64,000 nt of DNA from Proteiniphilum sp. (GTDB taxonomy: Bacteria > Bacteroidota > Bacteroidia > Bacteroidales > Dysgonomonadaceae), in the NCBI RefSeq assembly GCF_040307845.1, contig NZ_JAWRIS010000012.1, positions 11,927-75,926 on the forward strand, read 5' to 3'. How positions within the stretch are numbered: position 1 is the first letter of the stretch; each line of letters starts with the position of its first letter. Both the position numbers and the translations under genes were made by a program. The notes beneath the pieces are model-generated. The model had not been told where the DNA came from. It made no database searches and saw only the letters and a program-made list of their open reading frames with translations. This document shows, piece after piece, positions 50,231 through 60,033 of the stretch.

Positions 50231-50815
50231 ATGGAAATTATAGGAATCATTATTGTGGCCATATTTGTAAATAACGTGGTACTGGCTCAATTCCTGGGTA
50301 TCTGCCCGTTCCTGGGCGTATCGAAGAAAGTGGACACGGCCATCGGCATGGGGTTGGCTGTCACCTTTGTATTGACCATTGCCACCATCGTCACATTCCT
50401 TCTGCAAAAAGGTATTTTGGAACCTTCCGGACTGGAATATCTCCAGACCATTTCCTTTATCCTGGTAATTGCCGCGTTGGTACAGATGGTGGAGATCGTG
50501 CTCAAGAAAATATCCCCTTCTCTCTATCAGGCGCTGGGCGTATTCCTGCCGCTGATCACCACCAACTGCGTGATCCTCGGTGTGGCGATCCTGGTAATCC
50601 AGAAGGAGTATAACCTATTAGAATCTGTCATCTATGCAATATCCACAGCCATCGGATATGCCATGGCGCTCATCATCTTTTCAAGTATTCGGGAGCAACT
50701 GGCTCTCACCAAAGTTCCCAAGGCAATGAAAGGGATACCTCTCGCGCTGATCACCGCCGGCATCATGGCCATGGCATTTATGGGATTCTCCGGCATTGAC
50801 CAGGTGTTTAAATAG
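50231..50815 (+). CDS. rnfA: Rnf complex subunit A
   Basis: 194 aa. 'NNVVLAQFLGICPFLG', 'FLPLITTNC', 'AFMGFSG'. Confidence 0.95.
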   Translation: MEIIGIIIVAIFVNNVVLAQFLGICPFLGVSKKVDTAIGMGLAVTFVLTIATIVTFLLQKGILEPSGLEYLQTISFILVIAALVQMVEIVLKKISPSLYQALGVFLPLITTNCVILGVAILVIQKEYNLLESVIYAISTAIGYAMALIIFSSIREQLALTKVPKAMKGIPLALITAGIMAMAFMGFSGIDQVFK

Positions 50816-50959
50816 TGCCTAAGTGGTTAAGTGCCTTGGCGAAAAAGTGGTCTAAAAATCTTAAACCTCGAAATGAGCACTAATGTTAAACCATTTCGGT
50901 AAAAGGGTGTCATATTGCTAAAGAAAGAAATGAAGTTACACCCTTTAATAATTACGGAT

Positions 50960-52339
50960 ATGAAAGCTTTAAGACACCCCCTCATTCTCACGGTAATCGC
51001 ACTGGTAGTATGGTCTTGTGGAACTCCCCAGAATTATGTATATTCGCAGGGATATGACGAATATTATTATGATGACGGATACTACAATGACGGCTATCAA
51101 GGAAGCGGTATATCGTTCAACGTATTCTATAACGAACTGAACCCTCATGGAAGATGGATCAACGACCGCAACCACGGCCGGGTCTGGATTCCCAATGTAG
51201 GCAGGGACTTTCATCCGTACTCGACCAATGGCTATTGGGTGATGACGGATTACGGAAACACCTGGGTGTCGAGTTTCTCATGGGGATGGGCGCCTTTCCA
51301 CTACGGACGCTGGTATTACGATGACTACTACGGATGGGCATGGGTTCCCGGCTACGAATGGGCACCTGCCTGGGTGAGCTGGAGAAGCGGAGGCGGCTAT
51401 TACGGATGGGCACCTATGGGTCCCGGTGTCAATATCTACTTGCATGTTAATATCCCCACCAGCTACTGGACTTTCCTGCCCACCAGATACATGTATGACC
51501 GTCGCATGCACAGGCACTATAACAGGTATAGCCCGACTATCTATAACAGGACGACTGTCATCAACAATACTTACATATATAACGATAACCGTTACTATAG
51601 CGGACCGAGTGCCACGGACTACGAGCGTGAAACAGGCCGAAAGGCCACGGTACGCCGGCTCGAAAGCAATAATAATAGTTCCGGCAGGGCAACAAGGGTT
51701 AGCGGTAACTCGGTAAGTGTATATCGTCCCGATGCCAACAGCGGCAGAACGACCAATACACGATCTTCTGTAAGCGGCAGAAGTACAACCACAGACAGGA
51801 GTAACAGCAGTGGAACCGTCAGAAGCAGCGGAAACAGTAATACAAGAGTCACTGAAGGAGCAAATTCGGGCAGGACATCCACCACAAACCGCAATGCCAC
51901 AGTAAGGTCTTCGGAGAGTTCCACAAGGAGCAACTCAACCAACACCAGAAGCAGCAGTACGGTTAGTCCGGGACGTTCCACCAGAAGCAACAGCGGCACA
52001 ACGGTTACACCCGAACGTTCCACCAGAAGCAATAGCGGCACGACAGTCAGATCACAAAGTTCTTCGGGCAGCAATGACAGGAGCACCACGGTAAGATCTC
52101 AAGGAAATTCTTCCGGCAGAAGCAACAGCAGCTCGGTGACAAACACGGGAAGCAACTCGTCCAACACCAGAAGTACAACTACAACCCGTTCGAGTTCAAG
52201 TTCATCGAGGAGCAACAGTGAAGGTACTACAGTCAGATCGAGTTCCAGTTCTTCCGGCAGGAGCAGTGGCGCCACTACCTCCACATCAAGGAGCAGCAAC
52301 GAAAACAGCAGTTCCGGCAGATCTTCCGGACGGAGATAA
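50960..52339 (+). CDS. DUF6600-like Trp/Tyr-rich lipoprotein with long Ser/Thr/Arg/Asn/Gly low-complexity tail
   Basis: Likely start at 50960 (MKALRHPLILTVIALVVWSC, lipobox). 'WGWAPFHYGRW...WAWVPGYEWAPAWVSWR..GYYGWAP' core recalled as DUF6600; C-terminal half is low complexity. Confidence 0.75.
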   Translation: MKALRHPLILTVIALVVWSCGTPQNYVYSQGYDEYYYDDGYYNDGYQGSGISFNVFYNELNPHGRWINDRNHGRVWIPNVGRDFHPYSTNGYWVMTDYGNTWVSSFSWGWAPFHYGRWYYDDYYGWAWVPGYEWAPAWVSWRSGGGYYGWAPMGPGVNIYLHVNIPTSYWTFLPTRYMYDRRMHRHYNRYSPTIYNRTTVINNTYIYNDNRYYSGPSATDYERETGRKATVRRLESNNNSSGRATRVSGNSVSVYRPDANSGRTTNTRSSVSGRSTTTDRSNSSGTVRSSGNSNTRVTEGANSGRTSTTNRNATVRSSESSTRSNSTNTRSSSTVSPGRSTRSNSGTTVTPERSTRSNSGTTVRSQSSSGSNDRSTTVRSQGNSSGRSNSSSVTNTGSNSSNTRSTTTTRSSSSSSRSNSEGTTVRSSSSSSGRSSGATTSTSRSSNENSSSGRSSGRR

Positions 52340-52370
52340 ACGCTTATAGAGTATCATTACTATGTAATAA

Positions 52371-52407
52371 GAACCCCCGAAAGTTTTTGTTTAACTTTCG
52401 GGGGTTC
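52371..52407. terminator. Bidirectional terminator-like hairpin
   Basis: Perfect 15-bp stem GAACCCCCGAAAGTT / AACTTTCGGGGGTTC, 7-nt loop, between convergent units. Confidence 0.85.
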
Positions 52408-52445
52408 CTTTATTCTAAAGCGATTGCTCTTGGACGGCAGTTTGC

Positions 52446-52577
52446 TTATAATTCCTCTACATCTTCGATCGGAATACCAGTTATCTCCGCCAATCGGTCA
52501 CGATAAGCTCTAATATCTGCATCGTATATCTGACGCTCTTCTTTAGTCAAAGAAGCCAAATCAGCAATTTCCTCCAA
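52446..52577 (-). pseudogene. 43-codon ORF resembling the C-terminus of Rpn/PD-(D/E)XK nuclease-transposase family proteins (remnant or stand-alone small protein)
   Basis: TTG-start translation (L/M)EEIADLASLTKEERQIYDADIRAYRDRLAEITGIPIEDVEEL*; in-frame TAA two codons upstream. Similarity is recalled, not searched. Confidence 0.6.
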
Positions 52578-52597
52578 TTCTTAAGAAATAAGCTTCT

Positions 52598-53470
52598 TCA
52601 ATCAATCCAACGTTTGGTCAATTGTCCGTATTGATCGATACGGCGGTCGCGGAAGAAGGGCCACCAGCGGCGCACATTTTCGGTACGCTGCCTGTCGATT
52701 TCAATAATAGATATAACCTCTTCGCTGTCGGTGCGATACAAGAACTCTCCCTGGGGACCACACACAAAACTGTTTCCCCAGAAATGAATCCCGTTGGTGA
52801 GTCCGGAAGGGTCGGGTTCAAAACCGGTGCGGTTCACGGCGACAACAGGCAGGCCGTTGGCTACGGCATGTCCTCGCTGCAATGTGACCCAGGCATCGAG
52901 TTGGCGTTGTTTTTCCTCTTCGGTATCGGTGGATTCCCAACCGATAGCAGTAGGATAGATCAGCAGTTCGGCCCCGGACAGTGCCATCAGGCGTGCCGCT
53001 TCGGGATACCACTGGTCCCAGCAGACCAATACGCCCAATTTTCCGGCCGACGTCTCAATGGGATGAAAACCCAAATCACCGGGGGTAAAGTAAAACTTCT
53101 CGTAATAGGCAGGATCATCAGGGATATGCATCTTCCGGTATTTACCGGCAATAGAGCCGTCTTTCTCAATCACTACCGCCGTATTATGGTAGAGGCCGGC
53201 AGCACGCTTTTCAAACAAAGAAAGCACAATCACCACTTCCAACTCTTTTGCCAACTGACCGAATGAGTCGGTGGACGGACCGGGGATCGTTTCCGCCTGG
53301 TCAAAAATAGCTGTATCCTCGGTTTGACAGAAATAGAGCCCGTTATGCAACTCCTGCATTACAATCAATTCCGCCCCGTCCCGGGCCAGTTGTCCGACCT
53401 TTTGCTGTAAACGCCTTATATTTTCTTCCCTATCGGGCGAATTGGCTTGTTGAATGATTCCGACTCGCAT
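52598..53470 (-). CDS. aguB: N-carbamoylputrescine amidase (carbon-nitrogen hydrolase)
   Basis: 290 aa. 'MQELH..YFCQ', 'KYRKMHIPDDP.YYEKFYFTPG', 'VCWDQWYPEAAR'; follows agmatine deiminase. Confidence 0.9.
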   Translation of the reverse strand: MRVGIIQQANSPDREENIRRLQQKVGQLARDGAELIVMQELHNGLYFCQTEDTAIFDQAETIPGPSTDSFGQLAKELEVVIVLSLFEKRAAGLYHNTAVVIEKDGSIAGKYRKMHIPDDPAYYEKFYFTPGDLGFHPIETSAGKLGVLVCWDQWYPEAARLMALSGAELLIYPTAIGWESTDTEEEKQRQLDAWVTLQRGHAVANGLPVVAVNRTGFEPDPSGLTNGIHFWGNSFVCGPQGEFLYRTDSEEVISIIEIDRQRTENVRRWWPFFRDRRIDQYGQLTKRWID

Positions 53471-53473
53471 ATA

Positions 53474-53587
53474 AAATTACCAATTACAAATTACTAATTA
53501 CCAATTTCACCTAATCACCTAACCACTTAACCACTTAGGCACTTAACCACTTAACCACTTAGGCACTTAACCACTTAACCACTTAGG
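53474..53587. repeat. Compound array: (NAATTAC) x4-5 heptamers followed by CACYTARV octamers forming a 24-bp higher-order repeat x3
   Basis: AAATTAC CAATTAC AAATTAC TAATTAC (53474-53501), then CACCTAAT and [CACTTAAC CACTTAAC CACTTAGG] x3 (53516-53587; first unit begins CACCTAAC). Confidence 0.92.
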
Positions 53588-53598
53588 CACCCCTTATA

Positions 53599-54621
53599 TC
53601 AGAGAAATCCGATGGGAAACTGCATGGTCACGCAATGCAATGAACCGTGCTGCCGGATAAGTGACCTACAGTCGATACCGATTACCTCCCTGTCAGGAAA
53701 AGCTTTTTGCAGTTGTTTTTTCGCAATTTGATCTTTGTGTGTACCATAGAAGGGCACTAATACCGTTCCGTTGATAATAAGGAAATTGGCATACGTGGCG
53801 GGAAGACGATCCCCATCGTAATACGCGGCATCGGCCATAGGCAGACCGATCAGCCGATAGGGCCGACCATCGTAGGCAACAAACGACTCCAGCTCCTTTT
53901 CCATCACTTTTAATGTCTCATAATGCTCATCATCAGGGTCATCACATTCCACATAGGCAATGGTATGCTCATCGCAGAAACGGACGAGTGTATCGACATG
54001 GCTGTCGGTATCATCGCCTGCAAGATATCCATGATAGAGCCACAAAATACGCTCAGCACCGAGGGATTGTTTGAGGTAATCGCCGATCTCATCCTGCGTC
54101 ATCAGTTGATTACGGTTGGGAGCCATGAGGCACTCCGCGGTGGTAAGTATCGTTCCCTTCCCGTCCGTCTCTATAGACCCTCCTTCCAGAATAAAATTCA
54201 GATTATTCCGATAAGCTACGTCAGGCCGGAAAACGGCTCTTTCGAACAGCTTACCCGTAATCAGGTTATCACGGTTGGCAGCAAATTTCAAGCCCCACCC
54301 GTTGAACCCAAAATCCGAAATCGCAGGTTTGCCATCAATAAAGAGTGAAATGGCACCGTGATCCCTCGCCCAGGTATCGTTACTTTCTATCTCCGTACAA
54401 ATAAGGCTTTTCCGTTCCTCCTTCGAGAAATGGCTCTCCACTTCACCGGCATCACTGCAGACCACCAGTAACTTTTCCCGTTTGAGTATTTCTTTCGATA
54501 GGGCGACATAACAAGCGGTAACGTCCTCCAGATCGCCTGCCCAATCGGTATTGGCATGTGGCCAGGTAACCTGTACCGCACTCTGGGGGTACCATTCAGC
54601 CGGGAAAAAGACATCCTGCAT
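53599..54621 (-). CDS. aguA: Agmatine deiminase
   Basis: True start at 54621 (MQDVFFPAEWYPQ); 'DTWARDHG', 'FNGWG', 'EGGSIE', 'DTDSHVD', 'GSLHCVTMQ'. The ORF-track extension overlaps lpxA. Confidence 0.92.
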   Translation of the reverse strand: MQDVFFPAEWYPQSAVQVTWPHANTDWAGDLEDVTACYVALSKEILKREKLLVVCSDAGEVESHFSKEERKSLICTEIESNDTWARDHGAISLFIDGKPAISDFGFNGWGLKFAANRDNLITGKLFERAVFRPDVAYRNNLNFILEGGSIETDGKGTILTTAECLMAPNRNQLMTQDEIGDYLKQSLGAERILWLYHGYLAGDDTDSHVDTLVRFCDEHTIAYVECDDPDDEHYETLKVMEKELESFVAYDGRPYRLIGLPMADAAYYDGDRLPATYANFLIINGTVLVPFYGTHKDQIAKKQLQKAFPDREVIGIDCRSLIRQHGSLHCVTMQFPIGFL

Positions 54622-54625
54622 ACTG

Positions 54626-55414
54626 TTATCCCTCCATATTGCCCCGGACGATGCCGCGGCTCGAGGTACGGACGAATTCCAGAATATAATTGCGATCTTC
54701 CGTTTCAGGCAGTTCTTTCTCGATCCGTTCCCTTGCCTGGGTAAAATTGAAACCGGACTGGTAAAGGTAACGGTATATCTCCTGGATGGAATTGATGCGT
54801 TCACTGGTAAAACCGCGGCGACGCAATCCTACTATGTTTAACCCTACGAAAGTAATGGGTTCACGTCCTACCATCACAAAAGGAGGAATATCCTTACCTA
54901 TTTTAGCTCCCCCTTGTATCATCACATGGGCACCTATTTTGGTGAATTGATGGACTAACGCCCCCCCGCTGATAATCGCATAATCATCAATTTCCACTTC
55001 TCCTGCCAGTTGGGTGGAATTACTCAGGATGACATGGTCGTTGAGCACACAATCATGGGCAATATGACAATATGCCATAATCAGGCAATTGGATCCTATT
55101 TTGGTGAATCCTTTGGAGGCAGTACCCCGGTTTACGGTGGCACACTCGCGTATGACGGTATTATCTCCGATAATCGCTTGTGTATCTTCACCGCGGAATT
55201 TAAGGTCTTGCGGAATACCGCCCACTGTGGCATGAGGAAAGATAGTACAATTATTTCCGATATGTGCTCCCGACAACACCGTGGATTGCGTCATCACCCG
55301 GGTGCCATCTCCTATTTCCGTATTGCGGTCAACATAAGCAAATGGTTCTATAATTACATTATCTCCGAGTTTGGCCTCAGGATGCACATAAGCTAAAGAT
55401 GAAATATTATTCAT
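54626..55414 (-). CDS. lpxA: UDP-N-acetylglucosamine O-acyltransferase
   Basis: 262 aa hexapeptide repeats; 'PQDLKF', 'IRECATVNRGT', 'MAYCHIAHDC', 'HQF'. Confidence 0.95.
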   Translation of the reverse strand: MNNISSLAYVHPEAKLGDNVIIEPFAYVDRNTEIGDGTRVMTQSTVLSGAHIGNNCTIFPHATVGGIPQDLKFRGEDTQAIIGDNTVIRECATVNRGTASKGFTKIGSNCLIMAYCHIAHDCVLNDHVILSNSTQLAGEVEIDDYAIISGGALVHQFTKIGAHVMIQGGAKIGKDIPPFVMVGREPITFVGLNIVGLRRRGFTSERINSIQEIYRYLYQSGFNFTQARERIEKELPETEDRNYILEFVRTSSRGIVRGNMEG

Positions 55415-55428
55415 GTGTTCGGTTTATC

Positions 55429-56811
55429 TTATTTATTTTTGATAATTTGTGCTGTAAAATCGGCTTCGGAGACAACCTTGTCTCCAAGAAATGCAAGTCC
55501 ACGCATAGTAGCAATCCCCCTGCGCATTTCGCTGGTGAGTTCTACCCTGAAAATAATGGTATCACCCGGTACCACTTTATGACGGAACTTCACATTGTCG
55601 ATCTTGAGGAAATAGGTGGAATATCTCTCCGGTTCATCCAATCCGGAAAGTACAAGCAATCCCCCCGTCTGGGCCATGGCCTCTACCTGCAATACGCCTG
55701 GCATGACCGGTTCCTGCGGGAAATGGCCTGCAAAAAAAGGCTCGTTGGTCGTAACATTTTTCACTCCTACAATGAATTTATCCGTCTTCTGTATAATTTT
55801 ATCCACCATCAGGAAAGGATAACGGTGAGGCAACAATTCCCGGATACGGTTATTATCCATCACCGGCGGCTGCATCATATCATATACAGGCGGTTGCACT
55901 TCATTGAGTTTAATATCTTTACGAATCATACGCGCTAATTGATTATTGATCTTATGTCCGGGACGTGTGGCAATAAGGCGGCCTTTAATTGGCTTACCCA
56001 CCAGCGCCATATCTCCTATGATATCAAGCAATTTGTGCCGGGCAGGTTCATTGGGGAACATCAATTCACGATTGTTCAGATAACCCAATTCATTTGCATT
56101 ATGATGCGGCACATTCAGTTCATCGGCTATATCGTCCAACTCTTTCTGTGACAATTTTCTTTCATAAATCACAATCGCATTATCGAGATTCCCCCCCTTG
56201 ATAAGGCCGGCCTTGCGTAGCTGTTGAATTTCGCGTACAAATACGAAAGTACGTGAAGGAGCAATCTCCGTCTCATAATCGGTAACGTTATCCATCGACG
56301 CCGATTGGTTAGGAATAAATCTTGAGTCGAATTCTATAAAAGAATTAATACAGAAATCATCATCGGGCAGCATTGTCAACTTTGAGCCGGTCTCCGGATC
56401 GGATACTTCGATCTTCTTGCGTACCACATAGAAATCTTTGTCTTTATCCTGCTCCCGGATACCTGCCTTTCGAATCTCCCTTACATATTCAATGGCACTT
56501 CCGTCGAGGATCGGGAATTCAGATGCATTGACTTCGATCAGGCAGTTGTCGACACCCAGAGCGAATAAGGCAGAAAGTCCATGTTCGACGGTACTGACGG
56601 TTACATTTTCTTTACCGACTACTGTGCCGCGCTGCGTATGTACTACATTTTCGGCCAAGGCCTCAATCACCGGTTGATTTTCAATATCTACCCGCTTTAT
56701 CTTATATCCATGGTCGACAGGTGCAGGATTGAAAGTAACTATAATATCCAATCCGGTATGAAGACCTACACCGCTTAATGTGAAGCTGTCTTGTAATGTT
56801 TTTTGTTTCAT
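55429..56811 (-). CDS. lpxC-fabZ: Bifunctional UDP-3-O-acyl-GlcNAc deacetylase / 3-hydroxyacyl-ACP dehydratase
   Basis: 460 aa. 'GVGLHTG', 'TVEHGLS', '[10 protein letters not shown]' (LpxC) followed by '[11 protein letters not shown]', '[18 protein letters not shown]' (FabZ). Confidence 0.96.
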   Translation of the reverse strand: MKQKTLQDSFTLSGVGLHTGLDIIVTFNPAPVDHGYKIKRVDIENQPVIEALAENVVHTQRGTVVGKENVTVSTVEHGLSALFALGVDNCLIEVNASEFPILDGSAIEYVREIRKAGIREQDKDKDFYVVRKKIEVSDPETGSKLTMLPDDDFCINSFIEFDSRFIPNQSASMDNVTDYETEIAPSRTFVFVREIQQLRKAGLIKGGNLDNAIVIYERKLSQKELDDIADELNVPHHNANELGYLNNRELMFPNEPARHKLLDIIGDMALVGKPIKGRLIATRPGHKINNQLARMIRKDIKLNEVQPPVYDMMQPPVMDNNRIRELLPHRYPFLMVDKIIQKTDKFIVGVKNVTTNEPFFAGHFPQEPVMPGVLQVEAMAQTGGLLVLSGLDEPERYSTYFLKIDNVKFRHKVVPGDTIIFRVELTSEMRRGIATMRGLAFLGDKVVSEADFTAQIIKNK

Positions 56812-56854
56812 ATAATAAAACTATCTACTATTTCTCATTTTCCCTATTTTTGTG

Positions 56855-56862
56855 CAAAGATA
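56855..56862 (-). promoter_or_regulatory. -7 promoter box (TATCTTTG) for lpxC-fabZ
   Basis: Exact TAnnTTTG followed by CAC, 43 bp upstream of the ATG. Confidence 0.7.
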
Positions 56863-57003
56863 ACATCAACTAAACAATTTCACCCCATTACGGTTCAATA
56901 AAGTGCATATTTACTATTGCAAATGATCTGTTGCACAGATTCTTTTCTAAATTTGTGAGAAGTGTACTATATTTATCAGGTGTATTATTAACAGGGCAGT
57001 AGT

Positions 57004-58050
57004 TCAATCTCCGGATTCAATTTTTTTCTTCAGCTCCGACAGTTCTTTTTCCAGGGCATTGAGTTGCCGGTACATATCCGGTAGTTTGGGCATGATGATG
57101 CTTGACTTAAAGAAACTTTTCACAGGCATAGCAGGAGAACCGATAATTTCCGAGCCTTCTTTGATATTACTGATGATTCCGGACTGCGCACCGATCTGAC
57201 TGTTTTTCCCAATAGTAATATGTCCGCCAATACCTACTTGTCCTCCAAACATACAATTTTCGCCGATCTTGGTAGAACCGGCAATACCTACTTGTGCGGC
57301 CATAGCAGTGTGCTCCCCAATTTCACAATTATGTGCTATTTGTATGAGATTATCGAGTTTCACGCCCTTTCTGATAATGGTAGACCCCATTACTGCGCGG
57401 TCGATGGTAGTATTGGCTCCAATCTCCACATCATCTTCGATGATCACATTTCCCAACTGCGGAATCTTATGGTATATATCCTCTTCTTTGGAAAAGCCAA
57501 AACCATCTGCCCCAATCACGGCTCCTGAATGTAAAATACAATCAGCCCCTATATGGCAATTATGGTATATCCTCACGCCGGGATAGACAACCGTATTTTT
57601 CCCGATCTTCACATTATCTCCGATATAAGACTGCGGATAGATCTTACAGCCATCGCCTATTTCAGCCTGGTCGCCAATATATGCAAATGCTCCCACATAA
57701 ACCTCTTTTCCGAGATTTGCTGTAGGTGCAATAAAACTCATTGGCTCAGTACCACTCTTAGAGGGTGCGCTTTTATTTACCATCTCCATCAATGAGGCCA
57801 AAGCAGCATAAGCGTTAGGCACTTTAACGAGGGTGGACCTGACGGGTCTTTCCGGCTCAAAATCACTGTTTACCAATACGATATCTGCTTCGGTATCATA
57901 AATATAATGGGTATATTTGGGATTAGCCAGGAAGGTGATGGTACCTGCTTTTCCCTCTTCTATCTTCGAAAAATTGGAAACTGTTACTTCCGGATTACCG
58001 ATTATCTCACCTTTCAGAAAATCGGCTATTTGCTTGGCAGTGAAAGTCAT
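57004..58050 (-). CDS. lpxD: UDP-3-O-(3-hydroxyacyl)glucosamine N-acyltransferase
   Basis: 348 aa. 'FLANPKY', 'IGADGFGF', 'KIPQLGNV', '[10 protein letters not shown]', '[11 protein letters not shown]'. Confidence 0.96.
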   Translation of the reverse strand: MTFTAKQIADFLKGEIIGNPEVTVSNFSKIEEGKAGTITFLANPKYTHYIYDTEADIVLVNSDFEPERPVRSTLVKVPNAYAALASLMEMVNKSAPSKSGTEPMSFIAPTANLGKEVYVGAFAYIGDQAEIGDGCKIYPQSYIGDNVKIGKNTVVYPGVRIYHNCHIGADCILHSGAVIGADGFGFSKEEDIYHKIPQLGNVIIEDDVEIGANTTIDRAVMGSTIIRKGVKLDNLIQIAHNCEIGEHTAMAAQVGIAGSTKIGENCMFGGQVGIGGHITIGKNSQIGAQSGIISNIKEGSEIIGSPAMPVKSFFKSSIIMPKLPDMYRQLNALEKELSELKKKIESGD

Positions 58051-58288
58051 TGAATATAACTATTTTGATTTTATGCTGTTGAAATCCCCACTGGTGGGTA
58101 CTTTTTTAAGTCAAAGGGATATCAATAATCACTCAATTTTTATTTTTCAAGGCGCAAATTAACAACTTTTTTTTTATCTTGTCACAAATAAATTCATAAT
58201 ATACATTAAACAAGGCATAATCTAAATTTTCGTGATTCAAATTTTATACCGTTCATTATTCGCTCATCGCTCCTCCGATCATCCTAAA

Positions 58289-59185
58289 TCAGTTAACCCG
58301 GACTTTCCAACGCTTATGGCTCCACAACCAGCAGGATTTGTTTCTTTCAATGCTTTTTTCCAGCAATTCCGCATATCTGGATGTAATAAAATTACGCTTG
58401 GTTGCACGGCTCTCCTCACAGATAGGGATAAGGGTTACCCTATATTTTCCTCTTTCGTATCGATCCATGTCCACATACACGACCGGGATATTTTGCAGTC
58501 GGGCAATGGATTCCACCCCCGATTGCATAATACTGTCCTGGTTCAGGAAACGGGTAACGGTCGACCGGACTGTTTTTTTCGCAGATTGATCAGCCAGAAA
58601 GAAATAAAAACTCTTCCGGCCTTCATTTTCCATCATATAGGGAATGATACTGCCCGCTTCAACTGCCTTAGCCCTTTCCCTTTTCCTGAACAATATTTTC
58701 CGATAATCTTCCATTATCCTGTTTGAAAGCCTGTTGCTCATCTGCTTATAGACACACACAAAGTCCGTATCACTGAATTGAGGATCGTTGAAATCAATTG
58801 CCTGATACAATGCGGCTGCCACCAGTTCCCAATTCCCCGTATGTCCCAACAGAAAAATGATTTTCCCCTGTTTTTCAAAGATTTGGGAAATCAATTCCTT
58901 GTTGGACAGGCATACACTCTCCGCCACTTTTTTAGACGAAGAGGACATGTGCCACATCGATTCGAAAAGCACATCACAGAAATAAGTATAAAACCCTTTG
59001 GCAGTCTGTTCTATTTCCTTGTAGTTGAGTTGGGGAAACGAGCGGGCTATATTGATATTCACCACGTCAGAACGATAGTGCATTCCTTTTCTCAGGAAAG
59101 AAGCAAGCCAGTCCGAAAAGACGTAGAGCATCTTTAAAGGCAAATAAGAAAGCAACAGGAAAGGAATCAGGAAAATACGTATCAT
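58289..59185 (-). CDS. LpxL/lysophospholipid acyltransferase family protein
   Basis: 298 aa. N-terminal TM; 'GHTGNWE', 'LADQ', C-terminal 'WLWSHKRWK'. Confidence 0.85.
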   Translation of the reverse strand: MIRIFLIPFLLLSYLPLKMLYVFSDWLASFLRKGMHYRSDVVNINIARSFPQLNYKEIEQTAKGFYTYFCDVLFESMWHMSSSSKKVAESVCLSNKELISQIFEKQGKIIFLLGHTGNWELVAAALYQAIDFNDPQFSDTDFVCVYKQMSNRLSNRIMEDYRKILFRKRERAKAVEAGSIIPYMMENEGRKSFYFFLADQSAKKTVRSTVTRFLNQDSIMQSGVESIARLQNIPVVYVDMDRYERGKYRVTLIPICEESRATKRNFITSRYAELLEKSIERNKSCWLWSHKRWKVRVN

Positions 59186-59210
59186 ATATGTCTGTCTTCA
59201 AAGAAAATAA

Positions 59211-59942
59211 TCAGGCGGTCAATCCCCCGTCGACAGGGATTACTGCTCCTGTAATATAGGAAGCTTGTTTGGAGGCCAAAAAGCCGACCAGTTCAGCCAC
59301 TTCATTCGCTTCTCCGATTCTTCCGGCCGGAATTTGTGCCTTGACAGCCTCTTTCTCCATATTCTCCAGCATGTCGGTCTGGATAAAACCGGGAGCCACC
59401 GCATTCACCGTAACACCTTTGCGGGCTATTTCCCTCGACAATGTCCTTGTAGCGGCAATAATAGCACCTTTTGCCGCAGAATAATTGATCTGTCCGGGCA
59501 TCCCCTTCAATCCCGAGACGGACGATATATTGATGATCCGCCCATATTTCCTGAGCAGCATTTTTTTAAGCAGGGGGCGGGTCACATTATAAAAGCCGTG
59601 CAAGGAGATATCGATCACTTCATCCCATTCTTCCGGCACCATCCAAAGCATAAGGTTATCCCTGCAAATTCCCGCGTTATTGACCAGCACTTCGATATAA
59701 TCGTCGGGGTGACGGTCATTCCACAGCTCTAAAACCGATTCGGTCTCTTGCCGGTCAGAGACATCGAAACATAGGATTTCACCGTCCCCACCGGTTTCTC
59801 TGACCAGTTGGAGTGTTTTTTCGGCTTCCTCCTGCTGAGAACGGTAGTTGATAATCACATTATAATCCATCGCGGCCAGTTTTACACAAACCGCTCTCCC
59901 TATTCCGCGGCTACCACCGGTAACTAATGCATATTTCTTCAT
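59211..59942 (-). CDS. fabG: 3-oxoacyl-ACP reductase (accessory FabG)
   Basis: 243 aa SDR. 'TGGSRGIG', 'NNAG', 'NYSAAK', 'NAVAPGFI'. Confidence 0.9.
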   Translation of the reverse strand: MKKYALVTGGSRGIGRAVCVKLAAMDYNVIINYRSQQEEAEKTLQLVRETGGDGEILCFDVSDRQETESVLELWNDRHPDDYIEVLVNNAGICRDNLMLWMVPEEWDEVIDISLHGFYNVTRPLLKKMLLRKYGRIINISSVSGLKGMPGQINYSAAKGAIIAATRTLSREIARKGVTVNAVAPGFIQTDMLENMEKEAVKAQIPAGRIGEANEVAELVGFLASKQASYITGAVIPVDGGLTA

Positions 59943-59999
59943 GTTCGTTGGTCATTGATTTTTATATCTTCACTAAAGTTAGACTATTTCTCGCTATGG

Positions 60000-60007
60000 C
60001 AAAGTTA
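60000..60007 (-). promoter_or_regulatory. Internal -7 box (TAACTTTG) upstream of fabG
   Basis: Exact TAnnTTTG followed by CC, in the 91-bp spacer. Confidence 0.5.
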
Positions 60008-60033
60008 AACAAGTTTGACTTTGCTCTTTTAGC

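Noticed and set aside
54622-54804. Apparent N-terminal extension of agmatine deiminase
   Set aside because: Overlaps lpxA; the family start 'FPAEW' follows the ATG at 54621.
56926-56940. Palindrome ATCTGT-TGC-ACAGAT between lpxD and lpxC
   Set aside because: Only a 6-bp arm, single occurrence, no T-run; expected by chance.
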